Of a DNA stretch of 64,000 nt, positions 36,350 to 45,843 are shown piece by piece (position 1 is the stretch's first letter; each line of letters begins with the position of its first letter). The position numbers and the translations under genes were made by a program. The notes beneath the pieces were generated by a model. It ran no database searches, was not told where the DNA came from, and saw only the letters and a list, made by a program, of their open reading frames with translations. The DNA comes from a virus (taxonomy: Duplodnaviria; Caudoviricetes): positions 985 through 64,984 of IMG/VR virus record IMGVR_UViG_3300046366_000047; one strand, 5' to 3'.

Positions 36350-38551
36350 TTATAAACCTTGTTTTTTAAGAAGGTCTCTTTCTGTCTTAGCAGTCTCCTT
36401 GAATGCAATTTTTTCCATTTCTTGCTGATGTAGCATCTCTTGGTCATCCATTGCTTCTTGTTTTTGCTGTTGTTGTGCTCCTTGAAGTTGTTGAGCCATC
36501 TCTGCTTGAGCAGCCCTTCCTTGAATCATTCCTTCGTTAGCAGCTTTGTCAGATTGTTGCTGTGCCATTAACTTATCTCTGTGGAATTGACGTAATGCTT
36601 GAGCTACTAAATCAGGAGTTGCACGGTTAAACAAGTTAGCGAATGTGATTTGATCAATCATTCCTGCTTGAAGTAACGTAAACAATAGCTGATTTGCCGC
36701 ATTTAAGCCTTGCTCAGGAGTTTCTGAACGCTTAATGAAGATTCTATAGTCTTGTAGTAAATGGTCCTCTGTAATCGTAATTCTTGAAAGACCCTCATCT
36801 CCTACCATCATAGCTAATTTACGAGGATTGTCATGGTATACTGCTTTACCAACAGTTGCCATATGCTCATATGCTTGACGTAAGATAGATGTCAATGCCC
36901 AATAGAATGGTTCTTGTACCAATGAACCTCTTTGAATTTGAGCTTCAACTACTCCTACTAGCATATCACCGCCACCTTGTGTACCTGTCATTGCCTCATT
37001 CACACCGGTAACATCCTGAATAGATTGCTGTACAGTTTGAATAACTTGGAATAACTGAAGTGTACCTGATCCAATGTTTGTTCCGTATGTACCAATAGCA
37101 TTTTGAACTGAACCAACACGGTCAGTATCTACAAAGATTGGTTTAGATGAGTTAATGTTACGCATGATATCTGCCTCTCCATCTCGGTCATCAACTGCTG
37201 ATTTGGAAATAACTGTACCAGTTCCACGCATGTTAGCCATCTGAGACTCTACAACAGATAAAGTTCTGTTTAAGAAACGCTGTGGATCAATAACATCATC
37301 AAGTGGAGTTAATACCTCTCCTCTATCGTAAATGTATGTATAACATTTATACGGAAATTTTACGTTAGCTGGATCGTATAATTGTTTTTCTTGGTAAGGA
37401 AGTATACCGTACTCAAGAATGATATCACCATAACCAATTTCTTCCTGAGGAATCATAATGCAGTAACGAAGAATGTCAACAAAGATTGTTTGTTTCTTGC
37501 TCTTACCCATTTTCTTTTTGTGATCTTCAGTCTGAGGCTCAATCAAATCCTTGTCGGTATATTTTGAATCCTCATTGTTGATCATTGTGTAGTATGGATA
37601 TCCTGCTTCATCAAGTACCCAACCGTAATCACGTTTCTCAACATCTTTCCAATAAATCTCGTAAGTAGGAACTTTACCACCAGGGATAGTATAGATACCA
37701 TTTACGATTTTATGCATATTGTTTTGATTCGTTTGATTCGAATACTGTTCAATAGCTTGTCTTTCGTCCTTAGTTAAATCTTGGTATCTCTCGAAAATAG
37801 TTGGAGTATCCATATAATACCATTCCCCCATAAATTCAGCATCAGATAAATCAGGCTTTTTAGCCGACATATCCCACAAGAAGAACAATGGGTTGATGGA
37901 CTCAGCAGCGTAGTTGTCATTAGCTTCATATCCTTTGTATATTCCTAGTCCACAAATAGCTAAGTTACGAGTGATCTGAGTTTTTAACTCATCAATATTC
38001 ACCTCGTTAGCAATGAATTCAAGTAAGTTATTGATATCTTTTTCATAGTTCTCTACAAATGTATTGTAGAACAACTCTTCTGTCTCCATCTCTGTATCTT
38101 CGATAGGAGCATTTTCTTTGATAATATCTTTGAAGAATGGAAGTGCATCAGCTACTTTTTGAAGTGATTTCAATTTAGCTAATTCTTCTTCTCTTTTATT
38201 GATTACGAAATCAGAAATACAATTTGCTTTTGCATCGTATCCTAAACGAATAGCATTACCAATGTATTGTTGTACCATTGGCTTGATAACGTTCTTTGTC
38301 CATTTAAGGCGATTACGTACATCACCTGATTCATCTAGGAAGAAAGCCTCAATATCCTCTTCGAATATCCATTGACCATCTTGCCCCTTGAAGAAAGACC
38401 AGTTGATTAAGCATTTGTTAATGTATCTGCGGTAGATGTAATTACTCATTACGGCAAGGCAAAATTTTGCATATTCCTTATGGTAATCTTTATCTTTTTT
38501 GGAGGTTAACTTATTAGGTCTTTGTCTCCCTGTGCTAAACATGTAACTCAT
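36350..38551 (-). CDS. Portal protein (podovirus / crAss-like)
   Basis: 733 aa; NVIKPMV...IG, DPQRFLN, DVTGVNEAMTG, Gln-rich barrel at the C-terminus. Confidence 0.85.
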   Translation of the reverse strand: MSYMFSTGRQRPNKLTSKKDKDYHKEYAKFCLAVMSNYIYRRYINKCLINWSFFKGQDGQWIFEEDIEAFFLDESGDVRNRLKWTKNVIKPMVQQYIGNAIRLGYDAKANCISDFVINKREEELAKLKSLQKVADALPFFKDIIKENAPIEDTEMETEELFYNTFVENYEKDINNLLEFIANEVNIDELKTQITRNLAICGLGIYKGYEANDNYAAESINPLFFLWDMSAKKPDLSDAEFMGEWYYMDTPTIFERYQDLTKDERQAIEQYSNQTNQNNMHKIVNGIYTIPGGKVPTYEIYWKDVEKRDYGWVLDEAGYPYYTMINNEDSKYTDKDLIEPQTEDHKKKMGKSKKQTIFVDILRYCIMIPQEEIGYGDIILEYGILPYQEKQLYDPANVKFPYKCYTYIYDRGEVLTPLDDVIDPQRFLNRTLSVVESQMANMRGTGTVISKSAVDDRDGEADIMRNINSSKPIFVDTDRVGSVQNAIGTYGTNIGSGTLQLFQVIQTVQQSIQDVTGVNEAMTGTQGGGDMLVGVVEAQIQRGSLVQEPFYWALTSILRQAYEHMATVGKAVYHDNPRKLAMMVGDEGLSRITITEDHLLQDYRIFIKRSETPEQGLNAANQLLFTLLQAGMIDQITFANLFNRATPDLVAQALRQFHRDKLMAQQQSDKAANEGMIQGRAAQAEMAQQLQGAQQQQKQEAMDDQEMLHQQEMEKIAFKETAKTERDLLKKQGL

Positions 38552-38552
38552 A

Positions 38553-39116
38553 TCACTTCAGTACGTCATTAATTTTTACAAGTACCTGTTTTCTAGTTTT
38601 TCTCTCGACAACTTTAGCTCCGTATGATGACTCTAATGTCTTCACCATCTGCGGTAACTCTCCGTATACTTTAACCACTAGGTCAGTGTACTTTTTCTTT
38701 TCGTCAATGTCCATCCCTGCCAAGGTTACTGAGTCAAGGACAATCATTTCGTTTAATACTTCAAACATATACTGACTCATTAATTTCGCTCTCAACCTGT
38801 ATTCAGGATTAAAAGATTCCATCTTCTTGATGCCAGCAACAATTTCATCCGGGAGGTCTCCGTTTACTATTCCTCCCAAATCTTTTCTTATCGCATAATC
38901 CTTACCATAAGTAAGTTCAAGAGCTTTAACAACTCTTTCTCTTTTGCTCAAACTGTAAATAGGACTTGTTCTGTTTCCTAGTAACCAGCAGAGTCTTACC
39001 TCTTTTGCCTTTAGGCCTTTAAATTCATCTACGTCAGCTAGTTCAGGATATTCTAATCTTAGATCTCCGTCTCCCTCCATTCCAAAGATGATCAATTCAA
39101 CTTCTTTCTCTGCCAT
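38553..39116 (-). CDS. Hypothetical head-module protein
   Basis: Upstream of the portal; MAEKE start preferred. Confidence 0.55.
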   Translation of the reverse strand: MAEKEVELIIFGMEGDGDLRLEYPELADVDEFKGLKAKEVRLCWLLGNRTSPIYSLSKRERVVKALELTYGKDYAIRKDLGGIVNGDLPDEIVAGIKKMESFNPEYRLRAKLMSQYMFEVLNEMIVLDSVTLAGMDIDEKKKYTDLVVKVYGELPQMVKTLESSYGAKVVERKTRKQVLVKINDVLK

Positions 39117-39124
39117 AAAATTAG

Positions 39125-39159
39125 TAAAAATAAGGGTAGGCACTTTTGATACCTACCCT
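39125..39159 (-). terminator. Intrinsic terminator with adjacent promoter box
   Basis: AGGGTAGG/CCTACCCT stem then T-rich run; TATCTTTG box at 39161-39168. Confidence 0.55.
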
Positions 39160-39180
39160 ACAAAGATAATTAAATTTTAA

Positions 39181-39984
39181 TTATACAGCTGGACAACCTA
39201 AGTATGCAGCGGTAGTTGCGAAAGAACCGTCTAAAATTGAAGTCAATTTAGTAACAGTTGCAGCAGTACCAGCATCAGCAGTATTCAAGTAAACCAAAGC
39301 AATAACAGGCTTGATAACCTCAAGGCCATTAACGATGTTATGCTTGATTGATTTACGGTAAGTGATTTGGTATGTTTGGTAACCAGCAGCAGTAACGTAA
39401 GTGTTCAAGTTAACTTGAGCTAATACTTGAGCAGGTGTTCCAGCAGGAGAAACCCATGCAGTTTGATCAGTGATAACTGAAGCAGCAGGAGCTTTAACGA
39501 TTAACGCACCAAATCCAGCATTGTCAGCAGTGATACGAACCGTAGTTCCACCTGTAACAACAGCAGAGAAATAAGCATTAACGTCAGCATTGATACGTGC
39601 AGCAAACAATGTAGCTAATTCAGCAGTAGTTGCAGATCCATCAACACCAACTTCGTAAGTACGAGCTTGGTAAGTAGCACCTGTTTCTTTACCTCCACCG
39701 AAGAAGTTTTGTACGTATGGAGCGTAAACAGTCAACACGTAGTTACCGTTGTTAACCATTGTCACAGCAGACAAAGCAACGTCTACAACGTTAGCAGTTC
39801 CAGCAGCATTTGCAGTGTAACGGAAACCTAAAAGGTCAGAAGCTTTAATTTTCAAAGCAACAGCACCAGACTCGTCTTTGATGCTCAAAAGTCCTGAAGC
39901 TAAAACTACGTCTGTAGCAGCAACTGGAGTGTTCAGAATCAACGCTGAATCCGCATTGATAACTGGCAATTTGTAAGTAATCAT
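39181..39984 (-). CDS. Highly expressed structural protein (auxiliary capsid/decoration candidate)
   Basis: Ala/Thr/Val-rich, same strong codon bias as the major capsid gene, with its own promoter (40057-40064) and terminator. Confidence 0.6.
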   Translation of the reverse strand: MITYKLPVINADSALILNTPVAATDVVLASGLLSIKDESGAVALKIKASDLLGFRYTANAAGTANVVDVALSAVTMVNNGNYVLTVYAPYVQNFFGGGKETGATYQARTYEVGVDGSATTAELATLFAARINADVNAYFSAVVTGGTTVRITADNAGFGALIVKAPAASVITDQTAWVSPAGTPAQVLAQVNLNTYVTAAGYQTYQITYRKSIKHNIVNGLEVIKPVIALVYLNTADAGTAATVTKLTSILDGSFATTAAYLGCPAV

Positions 39985-40258
39985 AATAATTTGTTTTTTT
40001 CACTGACCGAAGTCTGTGTTGGTTAAAATTAATTAACTACACCGTGTAGTTCTCTGCAAATGTAAACAAAAATTTATATCAAAAATTATGGGTTTGGGTT
40101 TTTTCTTTTTCTTTTTGATTAAGTATATGTGAGTATATACGTAGTATATACGAATATATAGTTAATCTTTTCTTTTCTCTTTTTCTTTTTTTGCTTCTTT
40201 TTTTCTTTTTCTCTTTTCTTATTTTTCTTTTTCTTTTTTAAAAAAAATGCAGAAATGT

Positions 40259-40289
40259 TTTGCAGATTAAAAAATCATTTCTAGATTTG
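40259..40289 (+). promoter_or_regulatory. Complete Bacteroidota promoter (TTTG-N19-TAGATTTG)
   Basis: -33 TTTG at 40259-40262 and -7 TAGATTTG at 40282-40289. Confidence 0.7.
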
Positions 40290-40334
40290 CAGAGTGTTGG
40301 CACACAAGCATAGAAAAAATTTAAAGGTTATACT

Positions 40335-40390
40335 AGCCCCCTATTCTCCAATACTGCCAACACACACTCAATGGGGGGCTTTTTATTTTT
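40335..40390 (+). terminator. Leader terminator hairpin
   Basis: 11-bp stem AGCCCCCTATT/AATGGGGGGCT followed by a T run. Confidence 0.65.
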
Positions 40391-40396
40391 GTTGGT

Positions 40397-40681
40397 ATGG
40401 AACAATTTAGAGTATTATGTGTGAATGACAGATTTTGTCCTACAGAATTTCCTTCTGGATGTTGGATTCAAAAAAATGAAGTGTATACGGTAGTAGACGC
40501 AAAGTACTTAGCCAGGCAACATATGACCATTGGCTACAAGCTTGCAGAGATTGATTTACCTGAAGATTCAGTGTATCAATACTTTCTGTCAAATCGATTT
40601 AGACCATACACTGATGAGGATGAAATGCTTGAGGCTGCATTAGAAGAATTACTAGAACAAACAGAACCTGTTGTTTTGTAA
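40397..40681 (+). CDS. Hypothetical protein (SH3-like small domain)
   Basis: VLCVND...IQKNEVYTV...Y.L.E...F...RFRP. Confidence 0.6.
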   Translation: MEQFRVLCVNDRFCPTEFPSGCWIQKNEVYTVVDAKYLARQHMTIGYKLAEIDLPEDSVYQYFLSNRFRPYTDEDEMLEAALEELLEQTEPVVL

Positions 40682-40738
40682 CGAATAATTTATATATTTG
40701 TTTCATAAAAATGACAAATTGAATTTAATTATCACATT

Positions 40739-41086
40739 ATGAGTACCTCTTCTTCGTACTCAAGCAACAAAATAAAGCAGGTCCTAAATAATGGGACCCA
40801 ACATTTCATCGTCAAATCTTACACCTATACAGCATTCGAATACGACAGAAAAGTTCCAGAGTATCACCTGTATTGGATCAATATGAATAAGGGTTTGCTT
40901 GAAGATATGCCTATGTACCAGAGACTGTCATGTAAGCATATGAATAAGAAGGAGAAAAGCTACTTCTGGTCTATAGCTGATCAATATAATATTGTAATTA
41001 GCGGTGAAGATGGAATAGTTTGGGAAAATAAAAAACTAGGCCTCAATAAAGACCTAGTTCAAAATCAATCTTATAAAGATCAGTAA
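40739..41086 (+). CDS. Hypothetical protein
   Basis: 115 aa ORF with TATATTTG box at 40693-40700. Confidence 0.55.
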   Translation: MSTSSSYSSNKIKQVLNNGTQHFIVKSYTYTAFEYDRKVPEYHLYWINMNKGLLEDMPMYQRLSCKHMNKKEKSYFWSIADQYNIVISGEDGIVWENKKLGLNKDLVQNQSYKDQ

Positions 41087-41299
41087 TTATTCAATGATTT
41101 GTTTTGAGAAATGCTCCTCAAAATAACCAATTCCTTTTAATTCATCTACTCTTAACTTTGCTTCCTCTAATGTAGCAAATTCTTCTACAATTGGTTGACC
41201 TGTTTCAAATACAGAATCTGTTTTAACGATTACAAAATGAATTACTTCAGCTTCGTTATGAGCCAATACATATTTTGTTGTTTCTTTACTTGTTGCCAT
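41087..41299 (-). CDS. Small partner of the repeat protein
   Basis: 70 aa ORF directly downstream of 41311..42282. Confidence 0.55.
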   Translation of the reverse strand: MATSKETTKYVLAHNEAEVIHFVIVKTDSVFETGQPIVEEFATLEEAKLRVDELKGIGYFEEHFSKQIIE

Positions 41300-41310
41300 A
41301 ATATTATTTA

Positions 41311-42282
41311 TTAATTAGTTAATACTGTACATCCTCTTGAAATTAATATGTCTTTAGCCGCAATACCTACAGGCGATGGAGGAGCTGCTGGAAGATTAAT
41401 AAATGAATTCTTCAATATTAAAGTGCCATTTGTTCCATCTAGTGATGCTAATTTAACTAGCGTTGCATCAACTTGAGCTTGATTCATTCCATCCATGTAT
41501 ATGTAAGTTCCACCAATTCCTTTTACTGATTCAGGAAGTGCCATTGCAAAAGATCCATTTGCTTGAATAACAAAGCTTCCACCTATATATTCTAATGAAC
41601 TTATATTTACTGAAGTCAATGAAGAATTCTGATTAAGAGAGAAGTTACTAACATATTTTAAAGAAGGTACATTGACCTCTGTTAAAGCATAGGTGTACTG
41701 AGCATAAAAATCAGTTACTGCTTCTAGTGCAGGGCAGAAAAAAGACGGAACAGATGCTGGAATAGAAAGATAACCAGAAATAAATTTTAAAGATGGAAGA
41801 TATATTGGAAATGAATAATTAGTAGACGAATTAAGATTATTTGCGGCTACTAAATTTGGTGCGTTAAACGATGATGCGTAACCAAAATTAATTTGATCAA
41901 AATATTTTCCATTAAAAGTGGCATTAACAGGATACCCATTAAAATTTCCTATATATAAACTAGAGACATTCTCATTATTTATTACAACATTAGTTAAGTC
42001 TCCTTCAGTAGTAATACTTCCCGTTGTGTATTTATCTATATAATATGTGTATAGTTTATTTAGATTTAAAGCAGGTATTTGAAAGGCTAAACCAACAAAT
42101 CTAGTAGGAGGATATAATACATAATTAGTTATGCTAACACGTGCAGAATTTGTAGAGTAACTTAATAATTCGTAGTAATTTGATACAGTATTAATTACAT
42201 CTGTAACATCATCTACTATAGCATTCTCATTTCTATTCGAATTGACATTGCCTTTCTTTACGGATTTTTGAATAAGTGCCAT
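41311..42282 (-). CDS. Leucine-rich / receptor L-domain-like repeat protein
   Basis: Repeats APNLVAA, LPSLKFISG, CPALEAV, VPSLKYVS, ISSLEYIGG, LPESVKGIGG. Confidence 0.6.
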   Translation of the reverse strand: MALIQKSVKKGNVNSNRNENAIVDDVTDVINTVSNYYELLSYSTNSARVSITNYVLYPPTRFVGLAFQIPALNLNKLYTYYIDKYTTGSITTEGDLTNVVINNENVSSLYIGNFNGYPVNATFNGKYFDQINFGYASSFNAPNLVAANNLNSSTNYSFPIYLPSLKFISGYLSIPASVPSFFCPALEAVTDFYAQYTYALTEVNVPSLKYVSNFSLNQNSSLTSVNISSLEYIGGSFVIQANGSFAMALPESVKGIGGTYIYMDGMNQAQVDATLVKLASLDGTNGTLILKNSFINLPAAPPSPVGIAAKDILISRGCTVLTN

Positions 42283-42313
42283 AATTTATTTTTTTACAAA
42301 TATACTTTATTTA

Positions 42314-44374
42314 TTAATCTAATACTTTTAGGATCTTTCCAGTTCGAGAGTCCACACGCGCCCGCTTCATCCTGAAATTAGTCTCCTTACACTGCACATA
42401 TCTTATCACTACGTGCGTATTTTTGTCTTCGTTACGTATGTTCTCAGGTTCATACCTAGAATGCGCCTGAGCGTTTATATAAGCAAATGTAATAGCGAAT
42501 ATAGCATCATCATAATCGTATCTAGTGTCCGCTGCTTGGTAACGTGTCTGTCTATGACTAGTCGAACTCTTTAAATCCTTCTCAACAAAGGTCTTCATCT
42601 GCTCCCATAGCCAGGGTACATCTATATTGATGCCGTAGGCATCAACCATTTCCTCAGTTTTCGCAATTATACGTGGTGCTGTGTTCGATTTGTTGGAAAT
42701 GCCGAACCATTTCCCACCATAAGTCTGAAAATATTCCGGAAGTTGTGAATTTGCGGTAAACTTATGCTTGAATCCGTGAATTTCTTGGAAATCTACGTGC
42801 ATATCACCGATATTATTCTCTACTAGCTCCTTTACACCACCTCTGCGTTGCTGATCGTAGTATAAACTCTGCAATAGTACCTGTAAGTAGGTCTGTTTGA
42901 ACTTTCTGTCCCTATGGAATACTACGGAAGACACACAATTAGTCAATGCATCCCATATTGCACTACACATCATGGAGTGTCCTGTCTCTGAGTTGATGGG
43001 GTCAGTCCCTTGATACCATCTATTCTTCCATATTTCGTTTTCCGGTGGGTGGTGTACGATTAATGCTGAGGTAGATACGTCTTCTCGGCCTGTTGTGTTC
43101 ACCCATCTAGCTCCAATGATCCTAAAATCAGTAAGTAAGTCAGGTGTTGGTTGGCTCATATCCATAATTGGCTCAAAATAACCGTATTCAATGGGTACAT
43201 CCTTGCCATATATCTCTGCGAGGCGTTGATTACAGGTATGAATTGGAACTAAAGTACGCGCTTTACGCAAGAACATATCATCTATGGTGATTGGGTAGTG
43301 CTGATGGAACTGTACTTTGGCAACTTCACCTTTCTTTGTACCTTCTAGGGATAGATATGCTTTACGTTCGTTGTTGATGTGTTCATCTGTAACCCCTCTA
43401 CGTGCATATGCGTTAAAGAATAATGGAATGATACCGTATTCAAAGTTTCTTTCTTTCCATTGGCTAAGACACATCTTGAATTCAGCCTCGAATACTGATC
43501 CACCTTTATCCATTTCACCTCCTGTACCCCAAGCAATGAACTGCTGCTGCATGGTCATCTTACCTGTTTCAGGATTGTACTTAAATAAAGCAGGTCGACC
43601 TTCACGCATCATCTCACCAAAGATGTCAAATAGACCAATCTCATCGATGAATACTGCAGATGGTGAACCCCCATTGATGGCATCTACCTGTGGGCTATCT
43701 ACTTGGAAGCGTGATGCACCCCCATCGTCTCGTCCTTTCTTATCACCCTTCTTATCGAATGACATTACTTGATCGGTCCAGTTCTTTACGTCCTGTGCTA
43801 GGTAGTCAGGAATCTTTGTATATGTCCACTTAACTTTATCTCGGAAGATCTCCACCCCTTTATCTTTGGAGTGAGTAACGAACTTAATGAAATAAGATTT
43901 GTTTAAGTTGACACGTTTCATTCCTGCAAGACACATGGTTGTGGTAAAACCAATCTGACGGGCTTTACCAATCATCATAGAGTATCCACAGTCGAATAGG
44001 AATAGGAGCACTCTCTGTGCATCCCAGGCTTGATAACGAAGCATACCATTCTCTGCCTTATCCTCTTTAATCCATCCGTATTTATTACAGAAGTAAAGTG
44101 TATTATCGTTACACTTTTGGATTTCGGTAGCTAAGAAATTGTATTGATCTTCTTCGTTGTCTAGATCGGTAATAACCGTATCATCTTGTAGCCATATTCT
44201 GGCTTGTTCGCAATATAGGTCAAAGGGCTTAAACTTCAATTTGTTCTGCCATCCTGAGTTAATGCTATCAATCCAATCTACAAATTCCTTTGGATATTCA
44301 AACTCTTTATGCGATGGTTTCCACTCTGTTGTAAGTATCCTCCTTTGAACTACATCGTCTTTTGATTGACGCAT
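42314..44374 (-). CDS. terL: Terminase large subunit
   Basis: Walker A GKARQIGFTT, Walker B VFIDE, motif III GTGG, nuclease GTDP...YDDAIFA. Confidence 0.9.
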   Translation of the reverse strand: MRQSKDDVVQRRILTTEWKPSHKEFEYPKEFVDWIDSINSGWQNKLKFKPFDLYCEQARIWLQDDTVITDLDNEEDQYNFLATEIQKCNDNTLYFCNKYGWIKEDKAENGMLRYQAWDAQRVLLFLFDCGYSMMIGKARQIGFTTTMCLAGMKRVNLNKSYFIKFVTHSKDKGVEIFRDKVKWTYTKIPDYLAQDVKNWTDQVMSFDKKGDKKGRDDGGASRFQVDSPQVDAINGGSPSAVFIDEIGLFDIFGEMMREGRPALFKYNPETGKMTMQQQFIAWGTGGEMDKGGSVFEAEFKMCLSQWKERNFEYGIIPLFFNAYARRGVTDEHINNERKAYLSLEGTKKGEVAKVQFHQHYPITIDDMFLRKARTLVPIHTCNQRLAEIYGKDVPIEYGYFEPIMDMSQPTPDLLTDFRIIGARWVNTTGREDVSTSALIVHHPPENEIWKNRWYQGTDPINSETGHSMMCSAIWDALTNCVSSVVFHRDRKFKQTYLQVLLQSLYYDQQRRGGVKELVENNIGDMHVDFQEIHGFKHKFTANSQLPEYFQTYGGKWFGISNKSNTAPRIIAKTEEMVDAYGINIDVPWLWEQMKTFVEKDLKSSTSHRQTRYQAADTRYDYDDAIFAITFAYINAQAHSRYEPENIRNEDKNTHVVIRYVQCKETNFRMKRARVDSRTGKILKVLD

Positions 44375-44380
44375 AGTAGT

Positions 44381-44482
44381 CTATTTTTTTTTCGGCATTT
44401 CTTTTTTGCCTTTCTTAATCTTCTGTCCTAATGCATAAGCTTTCTTAAGCAAGATAGGATTGATTTCTTTCTTCTTGTCCAT
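44381..44482 (-). CDS. Lys-rich micro-protein (33 aa)
   Basis: MDKKKEINPILLKKAYALGQKIKKGKKEMPKKK; TAATG-coupled. Confidence 0.5.
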   Translation of the reverse strand: MDKKKEINPILLKKAYALGQKIKKGKKEMPKKK

Positions 44483-44643
44483 TACTTTTTCTTTTTGAAC
44501 TTAGACATCATCTTCTCTTTGAACTCTGTCTTCTTTGATTCACCTTTCTCGTGCATTTTTTTTGCTTTAGGAGATTTGTATGACTCCTCAGCCATGGATC
44601 CTTCGTATTCCATTAAGGCTTTCTTAATTGCTCTTCCTTTCAT
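44482..44643 (-). CDS. Lys-rich micro-protein (53 aa)
   Basis: MKGRAIKKALMEY...KMHEKGESKK...FKKKK; TAATG-coupled. Confidence 0.55.
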   Translation of the reverse strand: MKGRAIKKALMEYEGSMAEESYKSPKAKKMHEKGESKKTEFKEKMMSKFKKKK

Positions 44644-44822
44644 TAGTCGCAGTATTTTTTGTCTTTAGTATTCTTGTACATCAACTTAAACTTAGGTTGA
44701 CAAGCGCAAGACATATCTTGAGCTAGTGTAGGTGTCGCAACAGGTCTTCCTTCAACACGTCCCTTATCAGTATAGCTTCCGCTTTTCTTGGGATCTGATG
44801 CGTAATATTTATCTGTCTTCAT
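44643..44822 (-). CDS. Small basic protein (59 aa)
   Basis: MKTDKYYASDPKK...KKYCD; downstream of TACCTTTG box at 44837-44844. Confidence 0.55.
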   Translation of the reverse strand: MKTDKYYASDPKKSGSYTDKGRVEGRPVATPTLAQDMSCACQPKFKLMYKNTKDKKYCD

Positions 44823-44886
44823 GATTAATGTTTTCCCAAAGGTATAAATTATTTCCTTTATATTATTTAGCGAAAAGATATGCGCA

Positions 44887-44922
44887 AAAAAAGGAGGACC
44901 GCTTTCAACTGGAACCTCCTTT
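44887..44922 (-). terminator. Intrinsic terminator
   Basis: AAGGAGG/CCTCCTT stem with flanking A and T runs. Confidence 0.55.
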
Positions 44923-44962
44923 CTTTCATTACAAAAACAATTTCGAATTACAAATATAATGA

Positions 44963-45841
44963 TTAAATCGGAAACTTGATGCTATCTATTGATTTTAATA
45001 ATACATCTTTTCCTCCTGAAGAATCTCTGCGTGTATTGATAATCAATATTCTACTTCCTACAGGTTTTGGAGGAGCTCCTCTTTCTACATGCCACCCTTT
45101 AGATCCATCACCGAATTCTTCTTTGTAAGTACCGGTGATCATCATATGTATTTGTCGCTGCCTATTCCTATATCCTGTAACAGAGTGGTGCTCAATTACA
45201 TCACGAGCTATATTAGTGCATTTGTTTTCGTGGATATGTCCCATAGCAAACACATCAAAATCCTCAGCCATTTCAAGGGCTCTAGTCAAATTGATCTCAC
45301 CACGCGTAACAATTCCACCGCCTCCAGAACCATGGAAATATTTTATCTTGGTGACTACGTTATACTTAGGCCTAGCTTCTTGACGAACAATAAACCACCC
45401 ACCGTATCCACCTGTCTGCACGTTAGTGTGATTTTTATAATTAAGTAAGTCAACGAATCGCTGAAGCACATCTGTCTCCTGTCTTTTGATTACAGAAGTC
45501 TCGTGGTTACCATAACCAATCACAGTAATTAGGTGTGCGTATGGTGAAAAGAAATCTACCGCAGTCTCCACAATAGAGTCTAGGTATTTAATGTTGTTAT
45601 GCTCAGGTCTAATGTCGGATTTTGTCCCCCTTGGATCCCATTTTCCCTGCATAAGACAGAATGTATCACCATTAAACATCATTGGTATTGAGTGTTTAAG
45701 GCAGTAGTCCAAATCTCTTCTTAGCAAATCCCAATCACATTTAGGATTATCCCAGTGGATATCTGAGAACATTCCAATTTTAACTTTCGATCCCGTAATA
45801 TTTAATTCGTGGATGTTTTTAGCATGCTTAATTAATTCCAT
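44963..45841 (-). CDS. Calcineurin-like metallophosphoesterase
   Basis: SDIH, NGD, GNHE, FHG and GHIH motifs all present. Confidence 0.85.
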   Translation of the reverse strand: MELIKHAKNIHELNITGSKVKIGMFSDIHWDNPKCDWDLLRRDLDYCLKHSIPMMFNGDTFCLMQGKWDPRGTKSDIRPEHNNIKYLDSIVETAVDFFSPYAHLITVIGYGNHETSVIKRQETDVLQRFVDLLNYKNHTNVQTGGYGGWFIVRQEARPKYNVVTKIKYFHGSGGGGIVTRGEINLTRALEMAEDFDVFAMGHIHENKCTNIARDVIEHHSVTGYRNRQRQIHMMITGTYKEEFGDGSKGWHVERGAPPKPVGSRILIINTRRDSSGGKDVLLKSIDSIKFPI

Positions 45842-45843
45842 AA

